Source: Faecalibacterium sp. CAG:74 (GTDB lineage Bacteria; Verrucomicrobiota; Kiritimatiellia; RFP12; UBA1067). From it: 53,524 bases of DNA. Below the pieces are notes generated by a model. That model was not told the origin of the DNA. It did no database searches and saw only the letters and a program-made list of their open reading frames with translations. Shown piece by piece: positions 43,412 to 53,524 of this stretch. Made by a program: the position numbers and the translations under genes. How positions within the stretch are numbered: position 1 is the stretch's first letter; every line of letters starts with the position of its first letter. The stretch lies in NCBI GenBank assembly GCA_963588415.1, contig CAVAHB010000061.1, forward strand, positions 1 to 53,524. The letters are read 5' to 3'.

Positions 43412-44302
43412 ATGATTACCGTCACAAAGACCGTGAAGTTCGACGCTGCGCACATCCTCACCAATCATCGGGGGCTGTGCAAGAACCTACACGGGCATAC
43501 TTACCGCGTCGCCGTCTCAGTCACCCAGTCCGAAGGGCGCAAAGGGGACATGGTCATTGACTTCAAAGATCTCAAAACCATCGCCGAAGAGTTGATTTGC
43601 GCACGTTTTGACCACGCCTTCATCTTCAATGCGACATCCGAGGGCGAACGCGAGATTGCTGCGGTCGTTGAGAAGCACGGCATGCGCACGGTGTCCCTGC
43701 CGTTTCGGTCGACGGCGGAGAACCTCGCGGCGTATTTCTACGGCGAACTCCGCAAGCGGATTCCCGAAGTCTCGGCCGTGAAGGTCTGGGAGACCGAGGC
43801 GAGTTGCGCCGAATATCACGAGACGCGGTGTGTTCTGCCGTCATCGCCGTTTCTGAAGGGGCGGATAGCCGATTCGGCTCTCCGGGAGGGGTTGCATCCT
43901 CACTTTGCGAAGGCGTTCGCGTTTCTGCGCCGGCCGGATCTCGCGGCGCTTCCCGTCGGACGACACGAAATTGACGGGGACGACTGCTGGGCGACCGTGA
44001 GCGAAGTTGACCTGATGCCGTTCGGCGCGAGCCAGAGGACGGAGGTCCACAAGGCCTTCATCGACATCCAGTCTCCGCTCGACGGGCCGGAGACATACGG
44101 ACTGCTCGACCTCGCGGGGCGTGAACTCGGCCCGTTTGACACGGAGAAGGATGTCGCCCTTGGCCAGGAATCGACGCGGCCGCTGACGCTCGTGCCGGGC
44201 GAGTATGCGATTTTCATGCCGGGGAGCGGTGCGCATGCGCCCTGCCTGACGCTGGGCGAACCGACGCGGCGAAAGAAACTCGTCATCAAGATTCGTGCGT
44301 AA
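43412..44302 (+). CDS. queD: Fusion protein: 6-carboxy-5,6,7,8-tetrahydropterin synthase (QueD/PTPS) N-terminal domain plus a YhcH/YjgK/YiaL (DUF386) C-terminal domain.
   Basis: N-terminal domain: FDAAHIL...LCKNLHGHTYRV (C-x3-HGH) and VWETEASCAEY. C-terminal domain: GRHEIDGDDCWATVSE...EVHKAFIDIQSPLDGPE...GEYAIFMPGSGAHAPC...KLVIKI, as in YhcH-family cupins. The tracked ORF start (43100) runs through the tandem repeat and is rejected. Confidence 0.8.
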   Translation: MITVTKTVKFDAAHILTNHRGLCKNLHGHTYRVAVSVTQSEGRKGDMVIDFKDLKTIAEELICARFDHAFIFNATSEGEREIAAVVEKHGMRTVSLPFRSTAENLAAYFYGELRKRIPEVSAVKVWETEASCAEYHETRCVLPSSPFLKGRIADSALREGLHPHFAKAFAFLRRPDLAALPVGRHEIDGDDCWATVSEVDLMPFGASQRTEVHKAFIDIQSPLDGPETYGLLDLAGRELGPFDTEKDVALGQESTRPLTLVPGEYAIFMPGSGAHAPCLTLGEPTRRKKLVIKIRA

Positions 44303-44320
44303 GCGGACGGGAAGCGAAAA

Positions 44321-45100
44321 TTGAAGATAATCTCCCTTGCAAGCGGCTCGAAGGGCAATGCCTACTGCGTCTGCAGCGGCGATTCCATCCTGCTGATTGA
44401 CTGCGGGCTGTGCCTGAAGAACCTGAGGCTGAGGTGCGCCGAGGCAGGACTTTCGCCCGACCGAATCTGCGCCATCGTCGTCACTCACAGCCACGACGAC
44501 CACGTGAAGGGCCTGCCGTTCTTCCACAAGAACTTCCCGGACGTGCCGCTTTTCGCGAACCTGATGACGGCGGAATCCATCGCGTGGCGGTGCAAAATGG
44601 CGGAGGAGGCCTTCACTCCATTTGAGAACGGGCAGTCCTTTGCCGTCGGCCCGTTCGAGATTTCGCCGTTCTCAATTCCGCACGACACCTCCGATCCGGT
44701 CGGCTATCTCGTGCGGGCGGACGGCAGGACGTATTTTCACGGAACGGACATCGGGACGCCGCTCGATTCCGTGGGCATCCATCTCGCCGAGGCGGACGTG
44801 GCGACGCTCGAATCGAACCACGACCCCGTTATGCTCAGGGCGAGCAGCCGTCCGGAGGAACTGAAGCGGCGCATTTGGGGGCCACGCGGACACCTTTCGA
44901 ACGACCAGGCGTGTGAACTCGTACGGAAGTTCGCTTCACCGCGCCTGAAGAAGTTGAGTCTGGCGCACCTGTCGGAGGAGTGCAATGCGCCGCATCTTGC
45001 CGAAGCCGCCATGCGGGAGACGCTTGCCGCCATTCACCGCGAGGATATCGAGCTTGAGATTCTCGCGCAGAACCTCGTCGGCGGCTGCTGGGAATGCTGA
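44321..45100 (+). CDS. MBL-fold metallo-hydrolase (YycJ-like).
   Basis: HSHDDH (HxHxDH) motif and LLIDCG. TTG start at 44321. Confidence 0.85.
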   Translation: MKIISLASGSKGNAYCVCSGDSILLIDCGLCLKNLRLRCAEAGLSPDRICAIVVTHSHDDHVKGLPFFHKNFPDVPLFANLMTAESIAWRCKMAEEAFTPFENGQSFAVGPFEISPFSIPHDTSDPVGYLVRADGRTYFHGTDIGTPLDSVGIHLAEADVATLESNHDPVMLRASSRPEELKRRIWGPRGHLSNDQACELVRKFASPRLKKLSLAHLSEECNAPHLAEAAMRETLAAIHREDIELEILAQNLVGGCWEC

Positions 45101-45106
45101 GGGATA

Positions 45107-45115
45107 TGGTATACT
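45107..45115 (+). promoter_or_regulatory. Extended -10 element TGGTATACT upstream of the SNF2 helicase gene.
   Basis: TGGTATACT at 45107-45115 ends 10 nt before ATG 45126. No SD is present. Confidence 0.45.
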
Positions 45116-45125
45116 ATTCACCGCG

Positions 45126-47612
45126 ATGGTCAAAAGTGGCATAACGAAGGAAGAACTCGTCCAGTGGGGCGGCGTTGAGGTATTCAACCAGGCGCTCGCA
45201 CTCGTCAATTCCGGCGACGTGGCGAAGGCCGAGTATGACGACGACAAACTTGAAATCCGCGGCAGAATCGAACAGCCCGACGGATGGGAAATGCCCGTCA
45301 CCCTCCACCTCGAACCCGGCGGACGAATCAAGTCCGCCTGCCCGTGCGCGGCGAACCAGCGCTACGGGCAGATCTGCCCCCACGTCGTCGCGCTCGGCAT
45401 TGCCGTGATGGTGCAGGAGATGGACGACATGGAGGAGGAAACGCCCGATTCGGCGGAAAAAGGCGAAAGCGCCGCGCCGGACGAGGAGTTCATTCCCGTG
45501 CCGATGGTGCCGAAGTTCTCCGCGCTCGTCTCGGGATCGCGAGCAAGCCTTTCCATTGAACTTGACGCGCATTACGGTGAAGTCGAGTTCCCCGCCTGTT
45601 CGATGCAGGGCGAACGGATCGTGTGGCTTCCCGACGCGGACGACCCGCTCGTTCGGCGCACCCGTTCGCTTCCCGACGAGAAGGCGGCGGCCAAACTCGT
45701 GGAGACGTTCGGCTTCGAGCCGGGCTACCGCGAGGGCGACGTGAAATACTACCTCACCGACCCGCAGAAGGTGCTGAACTTCCTTGGTGCGGGTTTGCCG
45801 CGCCTGCGGCGCAAGGGGTGGCGCGTGGAACTCTCGGACAGGCTGATGAACCTGACGGACACGATGCCGTCCGTCGTGCCAGTGGTGAAGATACGCGATG
45901 CACCGGGCGGCGCGTTCGACGTCGCCTACGAATTCGACGCGATGGGTGCGGACATTTCGCCCGTGGAGATTCAGGCCGCCCTCAACCGGGGCGATGGCTA
46001 CATTCTCAAAAACGGACACGTCACGTTGCTCGACAACTCCGCCATCGAGGAGATGCACGGCATCTTCCGCGACTGTGCGGCACGTGGAAGCGGCGCGGCG
46101 GACGGGTGGTTTCGCGTGAGCGGCGTCCACGCCCCCTACGTGAAGGCCTCGCTTGATCTCCTCGACAGCATTGACCTTGATGATTCCGCCGCGAAAAACT
46201 GGCGCGAGGTCGCCGCCGAACGCAACCGCGAGGGCAACGCCAGGTTCGAGCCGGTGGCGCTCGGCCCACTCGACCGCGTATTGCGCCCCTACCAGAAGCA
46301 GGGCGTGTACTGGATGCGCTTCCTTGAGAACGCGGGGCTGTGCGGGCTTCTGGCGGACGAGATGGGGCTCGGCAAGACGCTGCAGACTCTCGCGTGGCTT
46401 TCGCTTCCGCGTGCGCGAAAGGCCTCGGCGAACAAACCCTCCCTCATCGTCTGCCCGACATCGCTCGTGCGGAACTGGGAGGCGGAGGCGGCGAAGTTCA
46501 CGCCCTGGATTAAAACGCTCGTCATTTCCGGCGCCGACCGCGCCGACAATTTCCGTCGCATCGGCGCGGCGGATCTCGTCATCACGTCATACGCGCTCCT
46601 TCAGCGCGACTTCGAGGCGGCGTATCTTGAACAGGACTTCGCCGTCGTCGTGCTGGACGAAGCCCAGCACATCAAGAACCGACGGACGCGCAACGCCCGT
46701 GCGGCGAAGAACCTCCACGCCGACCAGCGGCTCGTCCTCACGGGTACGCCGATTGAGAACTCCGTCACGGACGTCTGGTCAATCTTCGACTTCCTCATGC
46801 CGAACTACCTCGGCGACTACGAGACGTTCAAGGTCGGCTACGAGATTCCGATTGCCGACGGCGGCGACGGCGGTGGCGCGGCACAGGCGCGGCTCAAGCG
46901 CAAACTGCACCCGTTCATCCTGCGTCGCCTGAAGAAGACGGTCGCGAAAGACCTGCCCGACAAACTCCTGAAGGTTTCGTATTGTCCGATGCCCGAGGAG
47001 ACCCAGCGCGAATACAACGCCGTCCTGCAGAAGGGCCGGCGCGGCGCGAAGACGAAGTTCGAGATGCTCGCCCTGCTCATGAAGTTGCGGCGAATCGCCT
47101 CGCGTGGCAAGGTGGAGGCGTTTCTGGAGCAACTCGACGAAGCCATCGACGGCGGCCACCGCGTGCTCGTCTTCTCGCAGTTCGTTTCGCAACTCGATGT
47201 TCTACGAAAGGAACTCGAAAAGGAAGGCATATCCTACTGCTATCTCGACGGTTCCACGAAAGACCGCATCGGCGAATGCAACCGCTTCAACCGAACGCCC
47301 GCGATTCCCGTATTCCTCATCTCGCTCATGGCGGGCGGCACGGGCTTGAACCTGACGGGTGCAGACATGGTGATGCACTACGACCCGTGGTGGAATCCTG
47401 CCGTCGAAGATCAGGCGACGGACCGCGCACACCGAATCGGGCAAAAGAAGAAGGTCTACGTTGTCAAACTCATCGCGGCGGGTTCAATCGAGGAAAAGGT
47501 TCTCGCCCTGCAACGGCGCAAGCAGGCGCTCATCGCGGCGACCGTCACGACGACCGACGCGGCAATCGTTGAAAAACTCACGACCGACGACCTCGCCGAA
47601 CTCCTCTCGTAG
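45126..47612 (+). CDS. SWIM zinc-finger / SNF2-family helicase.
   Basis: SWIM CxC...CxH is CPCAANQRYGQICPH. Helicase motifs are LADEMGLGKT (I), LDEAQHIKN (II) and QATDRAHRIGQ (VI). Start reassigned to ATG 45126 (MVKSGITKEE). The tracked start at 44985 overlaps the MBL gene. Confidence 0.9.
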   Translation: MVKSGITKEELVQWGGVEVFNQALALVNSGDVAKAEYDDDKLEIRGRIEQPDGWEMPVTLHLEPGGRIKSACPCAANQRYGQICPHVVALGIAVMVQEMDDMEEETPDSAEKGESAAPDEEFIPVPMVPKFSALVSGSRASLSIELDAHYGEVEFPACSMQGERIVWLPDADDPLVRRTRSLPDEKAAAKLVETFGFEPGYREGDVKYYLTDPQKVLNFLGAGLPRLRRKGWRVELSDRLMNLTDTMPSVVPVVKIRDAPGGAFDVAYEFDAMGADISPVEIQAALNRGDGYILKNGHVTLLDNSAIEEMHGIFRDCAARGSGAADGWFRVSGVHAPYVKASLDLLDSIDLDDSAAKNWREVAAERNREGNARFEPVALGPLDRVLRPYQKQGVYWMRFLENAGLCGLLADEMGLGKTLQTLAWLSLPRARKASANKPSLIVCPTSLVRNWEAEAAKFTPWIKTLVISGADRADNFRRIGAADLVITSYALLQRDFEAAYLEQDFAVVVLDEAQHIKNRRTRNARAAKNLHADQRLVLTGTPIENSVTDVWSIFDFLMPNYLGDYETFKVGYEIPIADGGDGGGAAQARLKRKLHPFILRRLKKTVAKDLPDKLLKVSYCPMPEETQREYNAVLQKGRRGAKTKFEMLALLMKLRRIASRGKVEAFLEQLDEAIDGGHRVLVFSQFVSQLDVLRKELEKEGISYCYLDGSTKDRIGECNRFNRTPAIPVFLISLMAGGTGLNLTGADMVMHYDPWWNPAVEDQATDRAHRIGQKKKVYVVKLIAAGSIEEKVLALQRRKQALIAATVTTTDAAIVEKLTTDDLAELLS

Positions 47613-47628
47613 GCTTGCGGCAACCGAC

Positions 47629-47669
47629 GCGAAAAGAAACGCGGACGGGGGATAAGCCCCGTCCGCGTT
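47629..47669 (-). terminator. Rho-independent terminator of rpoC (minus strand).
   Basis: A 13-bp stem, AACGCGGACGGGG (47638-47650) with CCCCGTCCGCGTT (47657-47669), and loop GATAAG. On the minus strand it is followed by TTTCTTTTC (47629-47637). Confidence 0.8.
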
Positions 47670-47696
47670 CGGTGGTGTTGCAACTGCCCGTTCGGG

Positions 47697-52067
<4,371 letters not shown>

Positions 52068-52094
52068 TGATTGTGTCTCCTGAAAGTTTCCCGA

Positions 52095-53524
<1,430 letters not shown>

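Overview
GC-rich bacterial chromosomal window. The gene content points to the PVC superphylum (Verrucomicrobiota, Kiritimatiellota or Lentisphaerota-like). The evidence is a DUF1559-type prepilin-like protein, an Amuc_1102-to-Amuc_1098-type pilus/secretin module, and very large secreted proteins rich in TSP3-like and LamG elements.

Layout:
(1) 1-1860: a stand-alone AAA+/DUF4143 ATPase bracketed by ~80-90 bp direct repeats and preceded by an unusual array of short repeated words.
(2) 1868-35203: about 33 kb of strictly co-directional genes. In order they are a prepilin-like protein, a 2973-aa secreted protein, a small lipoprotein, a 3991-aa secreted protein, ackA-pta-kpsF, and a translationally coupled five-gene pilus-like/secretin module.
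(3) 35.4-53.5 kb: housekeeping genes. These are a divergent stand-alone EF-G, a BatA-like VWA protein, nadB, an orphan ABC ATPase, nusB-ribD-ribE (minus strand), a QueD-YhcH fusion, an MBL hydrolase, a SWIM-SNF2 helicase, and rpoC plus the 3' part of rpoB (minus strand).

No rRNA, tRNA, CRISPR array, transposase or integrase was recognised.

Most notable observations:
- The physical link between the two giant secreted proteins and a pseudopilin plus Amuc_1100-type secretin apparatus. This is a candidate giant-fibre/adhesin export system.
- A seven-copy 23-bp tandem array of perfect palindromes between the divergent nusB and queD promoters.
- The repeat-bracketed ATPase cassette with its ~32-bp periodic word array.
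- A recurring extended -10 motif (TGGTATAAT) placed so close to several start codons that the mRNAs would be leaderless.

All functional calls come from motif recognition by eye. No database search was run.
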